From: Emiliania huxleyi CCMP1516
Taxonomy: Eukaryota
DNA length: 64,000 nucleotides
Assembly (NCBI RefSeq): GCF_000372725.1
Contig: NW_005201392.1
Location: 785,660 to 849,659, forward strand
Direction: 5' to 3'
In this document: positions 22,525 to 34,429 of the stretch, piece by piece
How positions within the stretch are numbered: position 1 is the stretch's first letter
Layout of the letters: the number at the start of each line of letters is the position of its first letter
The notes under the pieces: generated by a model
What the model saw: the letters and a program-made list of their open reading frames with translations, nothing else
Database searches by the model: none
What the model was told of the DNA's origin: nothing
Made by a program: the position numbers and the translations under genes

Positions 22525-25500
22525 CTAGCGGTCGCGGTCGTACCGGCCGCCGCGGCGATCTCCAAGGTACTCGCTCTCTTGCCGATCACGTCCCAGCCGG
22601 CGCTCTCTTGCCGGCGGAGGCGACCGGCGCTGCTCGTGCGCACGGTCCGAGTCTCGCTCTCGCTCTCCGTGCCGGCCGCTCTGCCAATCGGACGAGTGTC
22701 GGTCCCGGTCGGCGCCGCTCCCGTCGCCGTACCTGCGCAAGCGCTCCTCGTGGTTGCGGTCGCCGAAGCGGCGCTCGTCGGACCGCCGATCGGCGGGCGG
22801 TCGCTCGGCCGCCCCTGCCCAACCACGCACAGGGGGTCGATCGGTTGGTGTTTTGCATGTGGAGGTGTTGGGAGGTGGGAGGTGGTGGCGGGCGGGTGGG
22901 GGTGGGGGTGGGTGGGTGTGTGGGGGGGGGGGGGGGCTCGGTGCCCGTCGCCTTGTCCCGTCCGCGCGCTTCCGATGTGGCGGCTCCCGCCTGGCAAGAC
23001 TGCGCCCGGCGGAGGCACACTGGGAGGCGCGTCGGCCGGTGGACCGCTCGTCGCCTGGTAGAGGAGAGGTGTGCATCACAAAGGGTGGAGGCGTGGAGAC
23101 CGAGGGGGTGGACTGGCCGCTCGTCGCCTCTGCCGGCGGCGGGTCGGCACCTCGCCCATCGTACAGGGCAGCTTGAAGCGAATTGTACGCCGTGGGCGCC
23201 GCCAGCTGCTGGTGGCCAAACGACGCACAGCCGTTATCGCGACCGCCGCCACCGCCACCGCCACCGCCGTCGCCGCTGCCGCCCGAGCTCGAGCTTTTGG
23301 CACGGCTGCAGTCCCGCTCTCCCGACTCGGCGGAGCGCTTGATGCCTGCGTCGGGGAGACGCGTCAGCAGCGCGGCGCAGCAAGGAGCAGCTAGGAGCAG
23401 CGGAGGGGCGCAGGCAGGCTAGTGGCAAGCTAGCGGCAGGCTGAGGCGAGAGCAGAGGCGTGGAGCGGTGGGCGGAGTTGAGAGCGGGGCGGCACACGCC
23501 TCTGCGGTCCCCGCAGTCGTGCGAAGGCGCGTGCGAAGGAGGCTGGCCGCCCCTCGCCCTTCCACCGTCGGCCAAAGGACGGCGGGACGGACCGCTCGGT
23601 GGCGGGGCCGAAGGCGACGGACGCTCATAGCCGCCAGGCGGCGCCTCCCGCCGCCCACGCTCCGCGCTTCCGCCGAAACGCGGGTGCCCCCGATCGGAGC
23701 TTGCACCACGCTCATAGCTCGCAGCGCGGTCGTAGCTACCGCGCTCATAGCCGCCACGGTCATAGCCGCCACGATAGCTCGCAGCGCGCTCGAAGTTGCC
23801 GCGCTCGTAGCTGCCGCGGTCATAGCTGCCGCGGTCATAGCTGCCGCGCTCGTAGCTGCCGCGATCGTAGCTGCTGCCGCGGTCGTAGCTGCTGCCGCGG
23901 TCGTAGCTGCTGGCGCGGTCGTAGCTGCTGGCGCGGTCGTACTCGTCGTGTCTGGCCCGCGTGCTTCCAATGTCGCGGCTGCCATTCGGCAGGTGAGGCG
24001 GGAGGGCGTGGGCCTCGGGCGGCGGCGTGGTCCGCACAGTTACCCCGCGCCCCCCGCCGTCGCTCTCCCGCCGCGCCGCCGCCGCGCCGCCAGCCTGCTC
24101 GCCGCCAGCCTGCTCGCCGCGCTGCTCGCCGCGCGGCGGGCCGGCGGCGGGAGGCGCGGCGGGAGGGGTGGAAGGACCCTCTGCCTCCACAAAGACCTAC
24201 TCCGCATCCGCCACGTCGCTGCACTTGCAGCCGAGAGGCGGGCTTGCTGTGCCGCCAGGGGGGGCCACCTCGATGATGTGGCCGTCGAGGGTGGAGCCTG
24301 GGGGGGGGGGGGGGGGGTCGAGACAAGGCCGGTGTCGTGCACGGCCGCCTCCAGGCGGGGGCCAGTGTGTACTGGTGCGCTCTCCCGGGAGTGAGCCGCA
24401 CAGCTCTGCTTCCACAGGCGCTGGAGCGGATGCCGTGCGGGCGTCCAGTGCGGGCCCGGCGGCCAGCGGCTCGAGAGCATCTGCTCATCTAGGCGGGGGC
24501 CGTTCAGGCGAGGGACAGCAAAGTCGAGGTCCTGTGGGGAGGGAGGGAGGGGGGGAGGGAGGGGGGGAGGGAGGGAGGGAGGGTGGCCGGTGTGTCCCTG
24601 CCTGGCGTGTGTGGCGTGCCTGTGTGTGCCTGTGTGTCCCTGTGTGTGCCTGTGTGTGCCTGGCGTGCCTGTGTGTGCCTGTGTGTTGTGGGGCCAAGTG
24701 GGGCGGGGTTGGGAGGACTCGCGGGTCGCTTTGCGCGTCTCGATAGTGTCGAAAGCGTGTCGGAAGTGTCTATCGGAAGTGTCTAGGAAACGCAGCCTCG
24801 CGGGAAGCGAACTCGACGATGCTGAGGGTGGGGTGCGGGCGAACAGTGTCAGAGATGGAGAGGCCGGCGAGTAGGTAGCGGGGGAGGGGAGGGCGGGGAG
24901 GGAGGGGAGGGCGGGGAGGGCGGGGAGGGCGGGGAGGGAGGGAAGGGAGGGAGGGGAGGGAGGGAGGGGAGGGAGGGGAGGGCGGGAAGACGGGAGGAGG
25001 CGAGGCACCCGTGTCCGTTCACGTCGATGTCCGAATAGATGATGTCCCCGATCTTTCTCATCTCGTCACGAAGCGTCCTCCACCTGCGCATGGCCCGAGG
25101 CGGGGACGGCGTCTCGGAAGGCACCCTGGATTGAGAAAAAAGAATTCTCTGGCGCCAGAGCGGCAAGGATGCTCCCGGCGGGCGGGTACCCCGGCAGACG
25201 GGTACCCCGGCGGGCGGGTACCCCGGCGGGCGGGTACCCCGGCGGGCGGGTACCCCGGCGGGCGGGTACCCCGGCGGGCGGGTACCCCGGCGGGCGGGTA
25301 CCCCGGCGGGCGGGTACCCCGGCGGGCGGGTGCCGCTGCTTGGGGGTGAGGCAGCAGGGGGCAGTGAGGAACGGGGAGGCCGTGTCTCGCACTCGTACGC
25401 CGGAGGCAAGTTGCGGAGGACGGCGCGGTGCCTAAGGGACATGTCACAGAGGCGTCCTGGACATGTTCCGGACATGTCCTGCACAAGCTGCGGAGGACGG

Positions 25501-26135
25501 CGCGGTGCCGCTGCGAGCGCGGCGCGTCAACAGGAGCGGCAAGAGAGAGAGCTGCAGAGTTGCCCGCCGGCGCCGCGTTCTTGCCCTTGTTTTTCGCGAG
25601 CTCGGCCTTGACACGCTGCTGGCCTGCGTCATCCGCGCACCAACGTCAGCAATCCGGCTCGAGTGCCAGTTTGAATACTCAGCCTGTTATTTCCGCATCT
25701 AGGGCAGCTGGCCGAGGAGCGCGTCTTGCATTCCCGCCACGACCACCTCTGCCGCACGCGTGTCGGAAAACTCCTGCGCGCGGACGTGACGGAGCGGCGA
25801 CGAGGTGGGCGAGAGGCGGGCGCGCAGCGACGACCCGGCGGCGATAGTGGCGCAGCAGTGGTGGCGAGAAGTGGCGGCGGTCGCGGCAGTCGCGACACTG
25901 GCGGCGAGGGACCCGGGCGTTGCGCTCGCAGTGGTGGCGGCGGTGTGGTGGCGGCGGCGGCGGCGAGATGGCGGGACTGGCGGCGAGGAAACGGCCCTCA
26001 GCGCACCACGAAGGCAAACCCGCCCGGGTTGCGAGCGATCCACACTGATGCCGGCATCGCAAACTTGCTGCAGGCATGCATGAGCTCATCCTGGCCCACG
26101 TGCGGGTCCAGGTTGCCGATATAGACGCGGGACAT
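22525..26135 (-). CDS. SR-like RNA-binding protein with two RRMs and an Arg/Asp/Gly-rich tail (multi-exon)
   Basis: RRM1 MSRVYIGNLDP...VWIARNPGGFAFV|EFSD. RRM2 HRAVLRNLP...WRTLRDEMRKIGDIIYSDI (SRSF1-type pseudo-RRM pattern). Tail has SYDRG repeats and ends RGGRYDRDR*. Confidence 0.75.
25176..25331. repeat. 16-bp intronic minisatellite (ccggcgggcgggtacc)n, about 9-10 copies
   Basis: Tandem array containing the palindromic GGGTACCC core. Confidence 0.95.
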
Positions 26136-26898
26136 TGCGCTAGTGTGAGATTAGGCCGCGCGGCACCCGGGGAGTGTGCACTAGGCGGCCACAAAGCTAG
26201 GGATAATGGGTGAACAAAAAAAGAAATAATGCCCTCGCCGAAGGGGACGGAAAGGCGGCATCATCCGTAGAGGCACGAGTGTTCGAAGAGAGAGTGGACC
26301 TGAGTAACAACATGACCTGTAGACAAATGATCGGAGTGGGAGTCAGAAATGTGGTCCTTGCGCGAGGGGAGCTCGATAGACTCGAGGGGCCAGGATACGC
26401 CGCGAGGAGGACGGAGTTGCGCCGAAAGGCGAAAGAAGCCGCGAGAACAAGGGACCGGCAGGCGGCGGCGTCACAGGACGAGGCAGAAGAGAACGACGCG
26501 ACAGAGGAGGAAATGACAAGGAAGGGAGAGAACGACGAGAGTGGGACGACCGCGAGGTGGCATGTCGCATGAAGGTTGCAGCGAGAATCGGCGAGAGACT
26601 GCGAAGAGAGATAGGAAGAGGCAGACTCCCTAGGGTGGGCGACGGCTAGCGCACCACACACCTCTCCTTAAAATCCCTGTGTGGTGGCGGCGTGCCGTCC
26701 TCCCATCCCTCCCTTGGATTGTCTGTTTTCTTTCTTTCTTTCTTTCTCCGGATTCTTTCTTTACGCGCTCCGGATCACGCCCGGCAGCCCTAGCCAGGCC
26801 CCACGCGGTGGCCGCGACCGCGACCGCGGCTCTCGCTCGAGCCCGAACTGCCCGTCAGACGTGTCGGAATTGTCGGAGAATACTAGTAGCGACTAGCA

Positions 26899-27254
26899 CA
26901 CCTCTGAGAGATTTTTAGCAATACCAGCGATCTTTGTCAAGCGCAACAACTTCAACCTGCTGCTCCACGAGACGTTCGGCGGCGGCTTCTCGCCCACCGC
27001 CGTTCTCAAGCTGCGCCGCCTCGCGCGCAAAGCCGCGCGCGGCAGCGTCGACCGCACGGCCTACTCGCCCAAGTACTCGCTTTCTTTTATGTCCCACCAT
27101 GCAGAGCGCATCTCTCTCTCTGTTGTGCGAGGCGTGAACCGCGCCATTCGCTCTCACCTGGCAACCCTGTCTGCACGTCTCGCGCGCGCGTGAACAGGGC
27201 TCCAGGCCCCAAATGACGTGTGAGTGTTAGAGTTGTTTTGTCACCTCTGAGAGA
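26899..27254 (+). mobile_element. 5'-truncated non-LTR retrotransposon (restriction-like endonuclease clade) with a 13-bp TSD
   Basis: cacctctgagaga at 26899-26911 and 27242-27254. Frame 26918-27193 (absent from the ORF track) reads LLLHETFGGGFSPTAVLKLRRLAR...HAERISLSVVRG, typical of the C-terminus of RLE non-LTR elements. 3' tail is gttgttttg. Confidence 0.7.
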
Positions 27255-27523
27255 GAGAGTTGTTTTGTTTTGCACCTCTGTCAAGCGTCTTCCCCAGAAA
27301 CCCGAGGAGTCACACACACACACACCACCTGTGTGATGCCGCCCTGCGAGCGGGGCAGGGTGCGCACTGTGCCTCTGTGTACTGTGTTCATGCGTCGCCC
27401 ATCTCTCCTGGAACTCGTCCGTAGCTTTATTTATTCGGAGTCTGATTATAAGTTTTACGGATTTCGGCTGAGGGATTCGGTTGAGTGGACCTCCGGCCGT
27501 CCGTGACAGGGTTCTACCTCCGC

Positions 27524-28375
27524 ATGAGGGTAATGCAGTCCTCTACTGAGAGCCCGATGGAGGCTATTGCGGCAGCGTCCTTCATCGAGAGCCCATTCCC
27601 TACACGAGCCGAGTACGAGGACTACTTGAGGCTCCTGGAGCGTGCTCCTTCAGAAGCGCAGCGCATGCGACTCAATGCGAACAACAAAGAACAGAGAGAA
27701 CTCAATGCGAGGGCGCTGCTGGCGGAGGAAGAGGCGGAGAAGGAGGCGGAGCAGCGCGCCAAGGAGGGGAAGAAGGGGAAGAAGAAGAAGAAGAGGAAGG
27801 GGAAGGGCGGCGGGGGCGGCGCTGGGCCGTCGCGGGAGCCCGAGGTCGCGGATGAGGCAACGCTGGTGGTGGAGGAGGAGGAGGAGTTGGCGGCGGCGCT
27901 CGAGGAGAGCGCGAGGCTGGAGGAGGGGAGGCGGGCGGCGGTGGAGAAGCCGCCAGAGCCGCGGGGAGAGAAGGGCGGCGGGGGCGGCGCTGGGCCGTCG
28001 CGGGAGCCCGAGGTCGCGGATGAGGCAACGCTGGCGGCGGAGGAGGAGGAGGAGTTGGCGGCGGCGCTCGAGGAGAGCGCGAGGCTGGAGGAGGGGAGGC
28101 GGGCGGCGGTGGAGAAGCCGCCAGAGCCGCCGGGGGAGAAGGAGCCGCCGACCGACTTCGTCTGCCCTATCACGACCGAGATCATGAGCGACCCGGTGAT
28201 GGCGGCCGATGGGCACGCGTATGAGCGGTATGCGATCGAGCGCTGGCTCGCGACCAAGTCGACCAGCCCGATGACGGGCGAAGAGCTTGGCAACACAGGT
28301 CTCTTCCCCAGTCACATTCTGCGCAGGATGATTCGAGAGTGGCAGCGGGCGCAGCCTCCAGGTCAGGTTGAATGA
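27524..28375 (+). CDS. U-box E3-ligase-like protein with two UIM-like motifs from a 168-bp internal duplication
   Basis: FVCPITTEIMSDPVMAADGHAYERYAIERWL...SPMTG (U-box); EEEELAAALEESARLE occurs twice (copies start at 27802 and 27970). Confidence 0.85.
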   Translation: MRVMQSSTESPMEAIAAASFIESPFPTRAEYEDYLRLLERAPSEAQRMRLNANNKEQRELNARALLAEEEAEKEAEQRAKEGKKGKKKKKRKGKGGGGGAGPSREPEVADEATLVVEEEEELAAALEESARLEEGRRAAVEKPPEPRGEKGGGGGAGPSREPEVADEATLAAEEEEELAAALEESARLEEGRRAAVEKPPEPPGEKEPPTDFVCPITTEIMSDPVMAADGHAYERYAIERWLATKSTSPMTGEELGNTGLFPSHILRRMIREWQRAQPPGQVE

Positions 28376-29164
28376 TATCCTTGGCCGCGCGTTGTCGGTA
28401 TTTGCGGAGATCATAACGCAAAAAACCAGCCCTGGGCGAACCGTCTTCGGTTTCGTCGTCCATAGTGCTCCCGGCAATTGAGGATTGCTTGCTCTGCCCG
28501 CCGCCGCTGCCGCTCTGCCAGAGGCGCGCCACACGCACATGGCGTCCCCGCGCCCCCCCGCCCCCCCCCGTGAGCCGTGTCAACCAGAACAGTGCCCACG
28601 TGAAATACCGACGAAAAAGTTATTAAAAAACTTGTCAAATCTCAGTGAAAGCTGAAACGCAAACGGGGGCGGCCGAAACGTTTCATGCTGAAAATGAATT
28701 CAGATCCGTCCGAAAAAGTGAATGGAAATTCGTCACTGCTCACTCTCAGTCTCACGAAGCACGAACCTTCGTGGCGGGGTGCTGCTGCTGCGTGCTGGCT
28801 CGACGACTGGCTGCAGCCTGCACTGCGCGGCGGCCGGCGCCGCGGCCCAGACGACACTGCCAGAGCCCACAGCCCAGGTGGACCCCACGGCGCCGCGCGC
28901 CCTCGACACGCACTCGCGACTGACGACTCTCGAGTCGTCTCGTCTCATTCTGCCGCTTTCGAAGAGATAGAGGGGGGACTGCCTGATCAATTTTATTCAG
29001 AAAAGGGGTGCTGGGCTGACAAAAGCCAGTGCGCTCGCGTGTGTCTCCGCATCGAGTGGCATCTCAGACACAGGGAGCCGTGCGGCAGCGAAAGCACGCG
29101 CGACCCCCTCCAGACGGGGCGCAGCTAGCGCCGACCCTCGGGTGCGTCGTGGCAGGTCCCTCGC

Positions 29165-29899
29165 TTACGCCGACTCGGGGTTAATGGAGCGGACAATGTC
29201 CGAGTCGCCGGGATCGGTGATGGACAGGACGCTGCAGCGGAACATCTTTCCGCAGGCGGTGCCAAGGGCAATGTTGTTGCCCGAGTAGTGGTGCACGCCC
29301 GTCTTCGCGAGCATCGCATAGTACTCGATCTCCGACTTGCGGAGGGGCGGGCAGTTCGAGCCGATGAGGACGAGCTTGGCTGCAGACGGGGGGGGAAGGA
29401 TGGGCGTAGGGGCGAGGCTCGGACCCTTGCACCGCAGTGGCCGGGAGTGTTCGCCGTCGGGCGTCGGCAGGCGGCGACAGCGGCGGGCGGTGGGTGGGTG
29501 GGGTGTTGGGGGGGGGGGGGGGGCATTGGAGGTCGGGGGCGCCGGCGTCTCCCCACCCGAGGGCTATCGGCGTCGCGTGAGGGCAAGAGCGGGGCAGCGG
29601 CGCACCCTTGCCCTGGCGCAGCGACTTCATCGTCGACTTGTACCCCAGCACCGCCTTGCCCGATTTCATCACCAGCGCGAGGCGCGCGTTGATGTTCTCC
29701 GACGTGTTCTTCTTCTTCTGCGGGGGCGGCGGGGTGCGCGCTCGGCGACTGTGGGCTGCACGCATAGAGGCGCCGGCCGCCGTGTGGACGGCACGCTTCG
29801 GCGGGGGGCGGCGGGAGCGGCGGGGAAGGGCCGCGGGGGCCGCGGGGGTCGCGGGGGGGCTGGGGCGTCCGCCTTGGTGACTTTCTCAGCGGGAGCCAT
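29165..29899 (-). CDS. RPL30: 60S ribosomal protein L30 (eL30), 3 exons: 29873-29899, 29606-29717, 29165-29379
   Basis: Spliced product [91 protein letters not shown]...DPGDSDI. Intron 1 is GC-AG and intron 2 is GT-AG. Confidence 0.97.
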
Positions 29900-30181
29900 G
29901 CTGCTCGAGAGGAGGCACACGGCACGCTCCGGCCGTTGTTTTCTTTGTTTCACCACAGGACAGAGAAGCCTGGCTGTTCTTCACCTTTCTACCTACCTAC
30001 CTACCTACAGAGACGGAAGACAAAGGAGGCAAGAGGAGGCTCACGACACTTAGACATTGGGCTGAAGAGTTATGGGGGCCAGGGGCCAACCAAGACGATC
30101 GTGCCGGGGCAAATTTTCGGGGCGGACAGAAACCACGGGAGACGCTCCGGCCTCTGTTTTCTTTGTTTCAACAGACAACCG

Positions 30182-30700
30182 TCAACACTCGGACACAAGA
30201 GACAAGTCACAAGACTCGCTGTCGTCCGGAGGGTAGACATATGAGCCGTGGCGAAGCAGCACCTGGTACGCAGCCTGCTGCCCGAGGTGGGTCGGTCGGA
30301 GCTGCGTCACCCGCCCAGTGCTCCACTCCCCAGCGCGCGAAAAAGTCTCCCCAGCACGGCCGTAGGGGAGGCACACCACGAGCTGGCCGACGGCGAAACG
30401 GAGTCCGTCGGCGCGGCACTCGGAACACGACGCCTCCTCAGCGCACGCAGCCTCATCAACCGCGTCAAGTTGCGGAGCGTGCGCGCCACGGCCTGCTTCC
30501 ACACCCAAAAATGCCCGCGTGGGCCGCGCAAGCAGCGGGGCCCATGAGCGGAGCCTGCTCGTCGCGAGCGCTCTCTCGCAGCGGCGGGGGGGCGTCCTTC
30601 CACGAGCGCTCGTTGTTGTGCAGCACCTCGACCGGCAGAGCTCCCGACACGAGCTGCCGGCAGAGTCCGGAAAGGCCTGCCCACTCGCTGCTGCCCCACT
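30182..30700 (-). CDS. Small hypothetical protein with a beta-barrel (SH3-like) module
   Basis: LRFAVGQLVVC...W.TGRV...YQVLL.HG.YVYPPDD resembles a recurrent algal module. The 5' structure is unresolved. Confidence 0.4.
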   Translation of the reverse strand, partial: SGAAASGQAFPDSAGSSCRELCRSRCCTTTSARGRTPPRRCERALATSRLRSWAPLLARPTRAFLGVEAGRGAHAPQLDAVDEAACAEEASCSECRADGLRFAVGQLVVCLPYGRAGETFSRAGEWSTGRVTQLRPTHLGQQAAYQVLLRHGSYVYPPDDSESCDLSLVSEC

Positions 30701-30935
30701 TGTCGCTGTGTGCTCGCCGATCGGCGCGACTGGAGGTATTTTTTTTGCACCTCTTTAGGTATGTTGTTTGTGCACCTCTTGGTGGCGAAACTCCAACAAA
30801 TCGTTTCCTGCCCCCACCCCCCCGGGGGGCAGCGACCGACAGACAAGACTTGACGGTTTCAACGGTGCCTTGTGCGACGGTCGCTGTCGCTCGTCGACGC
30901 TGCCGGCCTGCGCGCGGGCGGAGGCGTCGCCGAGC

Positions 30936-31879
30936 ATGTCCGAGAGCATCTTCGTCTACTCGCGTCTGCGGAGCGTCTCAAACGAAGGTCCGCCTTCCCG
31001 TCTCGAGCCGTTTCTGCGTGCGCCCTGCGCCGCCAGATCCTCCGCGCTAGAGCCGTAGCCTCGCGAACGCCGTAGCGACATGGAAAGGTGCGGAGAGCTC
31101 GGCTACGACCCTGTAGCACTAATCTCACGCGTTTGGAGTTTGCTCGTTTCAGCGATCAAGAGCAGTCAGCCATTCGATAAGCTCCCCATCATCACGCTCG
31201 AGGACGGCACCACCATCGCCCAGAGTGCCGCGATCGCACGTTGGGTGTCTCTCCGCGTGTAGCCCATGAGGCAGAGGCGGTACGAAGCTCAGCCCTCAGT
31301 GGACGCTCGGTCGCAGGTCGCACACTTCGCCGGCCTGCTACCTGACGATCCGACTGCCATCGCCAGGCAGGATATGATCTACGAGGGCGCACAGGCACCG
31401 GCACCTATCCGTCCCCTCGCAGCTGCCTAGCACCGCGCAGTTTGGGAACCATCCCTCGCCCGCACCGTCCCCAGCGACGCCCACTCCGCAGGAGCTCTGC
31501 AGTGGCAAGCCGACGTCGGGGACAAACATCAACCCGCTCTGCAATATTCTAGACCCAGCCGGCGCAGACTTTGGGGCGGCGAAGGAGATCTACCTCCAAA
31601 ATTGGCCCACTGCGCGCGCCAACTTTGTGTCGCAGCTCGGCGGCGGCGCCTTCTTCGGAGGCACCGCGCCAATGTACTCCGACTTCGCCATCTGGCACGT
31701 TTGCGACAACACGCGCGCGATCGAGCCGGGCGCGCTGAATGGGGAGCCTCGGCTGGGCGAGTGGTTCGATCGCGTGCGAGCCCTGCCGGCGGTTGAGGAG
31801 TACCTTCAGGGACGACCCGCCCGCGGGGTTGGAGGGGCGGCAAAGGGCGGCGTCGGGCTGCCAGGCTCTCTAATGGCGG
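30936..31879 (+). CDS. Glutathione S-transferase (multi-exon, runs into a gap)
   Basis: QPFDKLPIITLEDGTTIAQSAAIARW (GST N-domain) and FFGGTAPMYSDFAIW...WFDRVRALPAVEEYL..RP (C-domain). Confidence 0.88.
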
Positions 31880-32293
31880 NNNNNNNNNNNNNNNNNNNNN
31901 NNNNNNNNNNNNNNNNNNNNNNNNNNNNNNNNNNNNNNNNNNNNNNNNNNNNNNNNNNNNNNNNNNNNNNNNNNNNNNNGTCTCTCGCCGATTCTCGCTT
32001 CAACCTTCGTGCCACCTCGCGGTCGCCCCCTTCTCGTCGTGGTCTCCCTTGTCGCTTCTTCCTCTGTCGCGTCGCTCTCCTCTGCCTCGTCCTGCGACGG
32101 CGCCGCCGCCTGCCGCTCCCTTGCTCTCGCTGCTCGGCGCAGCTCCGCCCTCCTCGCTGCATATCCTGGCCCCTCGATTCTATCGAGCTCTCCTCGACCC
32201 TGCCGCGGGCTTTTCACGCTTCTTTTTCTTTCTTTCTTTGGAAACGTCAATAATGTCGGCAGCATCTGAGTGTGAGGAACACCGTTATCGCCC

Positions 32294-33940
32294 ATGATTT
32301 CCCCTCTCGTGGTCACGTTGTACGCGGCTGCTCTGGTGCCCGCAGCGTCAAGTCCGCTCTACGAGGTGGATTGGGACGTCATTGATCTGGAATCGTGGGA
32401 CGGCGTGAAACTGCGAGTCCGCGCTGGTTTCCCAAAGCTCAGCGGCGGGTCAGAGGAGCGGTTTCCAATGGTGCTCATGGCGAACTCGTGGTCCGTGCCC
32501 AATGTGGAGTACGTAGCCAAGCAGCTGCAGTGGGCCGAGGCAGGGTACGTCGTCGTCGAGTACGACGCCCGCGGTTGGTGGTCCAGTGAGGGCACAATCG
32601 ACCTCGCTGGTCCTTCAGATATGAAGGACGCCAGTGCCATCATCGACTACGCACTCGGTCGGCGCAAGTGGCACGTGGACGCGGGCGCCATTGCTACGTG
32701 TGGCATTAGCTACGGCGCTGGCATTGCCGTCCTCGCCGCAGCACACGACCCGCGCATCAAGGCGGCGGCCTCGCTCAGCGGGTGGGGCAACCTGACCGAT
32801 GCGCTGTACGCGGCCAACTCTCCGTCGCGAGTGTGGGCGAACTTGCTGCTCGTGTCCGGAGAGATCTTTGGACGTGAGCCCGCAGACCTCTGGAGAATCT
32901 GGAACTCCATCAACACGAGGAACAACATCAGCGGGGTGAAGGCGTGGTCGGATATGCGCTCGCCTGTGGCGGTGGTCGACAAGCTGGCCGCGCGGAACGT
33001 GAGCGTCTTCCTCTCCAACAATTTTGAGGACCGGCTCTTCAAACCCGACGCGGCCCTCCGATACAGGCAAATCCTCCACGGTGCCGGCGTGCCTACCCTC
33101 ACCATGCTGAACCAGGGCGTGCACGCCAGCGCTGAGATGCCTGGCCTCGTTGGGAAGGAAAACGCCGTCTTTTCAAGGGTCAAGTCATTCCTCGACGCGC
33201 GCCTGAAGAGGCCGGCGGCGCCTTTGCCGGGGCCGCCCGTCGTCGTCGAGGAGCGCCCGCTCACCCTGTTTGCCCGCGCCGGCCGCCTACTCGAGTTCGC
33301 GTCGTGGCCGCCGGCCGAGCAAGCATCGGTCTCCTACAGCCTGCAGGGTCGCGGGCCGGGCGACTCTGCCGGACGGCTCTCGCTGCCACATAAGCTGCCG
33401 CCCGCCGGATCAGCTGCCAGCACCATTTCGTTCAGTCCGCTGAGCGGGCTGAGCGCGGGGATGCCGGTCGTGGGCGAGGTGATGCAGACGGAGATGCGGA
33501 TGCCAATCGTTTCCGACTTCGCGCTCGTTGATCAGCACCGCGCAGCCACCTACTTGGGCGAGTCGCTAAGCCAGTCCGCCGTGCTCTGCGGCGCACCCAA
33601 CGCCACTCTGTCGGTGACACCGAGCGCAAGCGCCTTCCAGCTCGTCGGCTACCTCTATTCCGTCGATCCGATGGATATCGGCACTCTGCTCACGCACGGG
33701 CCGCGCACCGTGTGGAAAGACGAGGGAGCTACAGCTGGCAACCCTCTTTCGGTCGTCGTCAACATGCGACCGACGTGCGCGACGCTGCGCAAGGGACACC
33801 GGGTTGGTTTTGGGGTCAGCCTGTTCTCCATGATGTATACGCCGTCGAACGCTGACCCGGCGCTGACGGTGCTACTCAACAACAGCGCCTCGCGGCTCTC
33901 GCTTCCATGGCTGACTGCTCTGCCAAGCAAAGAGGTCTGA
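32294..33940 (+). CDS. CocE/NonD (peptidase S15-like) alpha/beta hydrolase with a signal peptide, intronless
   Basis: DGVKL, GYVVVEYDARGWWSSEG, nucleophile elbow GISYGAG, and a C-terminal jelly-roll (LCGAPNATL...LRKGHRVGFGV). Confidence 0.85.
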   Translation: MISPLVVTLYAAALVPAASSPLYEVDWDVIDLESWDGVKLRVRAGFPKLSGGSEERFPMVLMANSWSVPNVEYVAKQLQWAEAGYVVVEYDARGWWSSEGTIDLAGPSDMKDASAIIDYALGRRKWHVDAGAIATCGISYGAGIAVLAAAHDPRIKAAASLSGWGNLTDALYAANSPSRVWANLLLVSGEIFGREPADLWRIWNSINTRNNISGVKAWSDMRSPVAVVDKLAARNVSVFLSNNFEDRLFKPDAALRYRQILHGAGVPTLTMLNQGVHASAEMPGLVGKENAVFSRVKSFLDARLKRPAAPLPGPPVVVEERPLTLFARAGRLLEFASWPPAEQASVSYSLQGRGPGDSAGRLSLPHKLPPAGSAASTISFSPLSGLSAGMPVVGEVMQTEMRMPIVSDFALVDQHRAATYLGESLSQSAVLCGAPNATLSVTPSASAFQLVGYLYSVDPMDIGTLLTHGPRTVWKDEGATAGNPLSVVVNMRPTCATLRKGHRVGFGVSLFSMMYTPSNADPALTVLLNNSASRLSLPWLTALPSKEV

Positions 33941-34429
33941 ACCCGTAAGAAATCATAGAGGAGACGCGGAGAGCAGGGGTGTGTGGATTCTGGAGCTCTA
34001 AGGGGGGATAGAGAGAGGAAGGGAGATTGGTGTGCCTGTTTTTCGCGCTAAGCATTTTTTTTTCGTATACGCGTACCTCGAGGTACACGGATAAAAAAGG
34101 AGCGCGTGTGTTCGTGATCGTGTTGGTCAGCGGCCCGTGCCGGTCCCCAGTCGCGGGTGATGCTCTGATAAACCCTCCGGATCTTCGACAAAGGTCGGAT
34201 ATTTCTTTTTTCAAAGTGCAAGGTGTGAATAAGTGGTTTATGATAGGGCTACTACGACGAACTATGCGGCAATCGACTGGGCGCCTGGCGCCCGACCACC
34301 CCCGCGCAAAGACCTCGTAGTAGCCCTCCCCGTAACCGCCTTGGCCGGACTTGTCCAGGCCGCTGTCGCAAGTGCTGTCGCCGCGCAGATCGGCGCGAGC
34401 AGTCGCTCGAGGGGCTCTACTGGCTGGCG

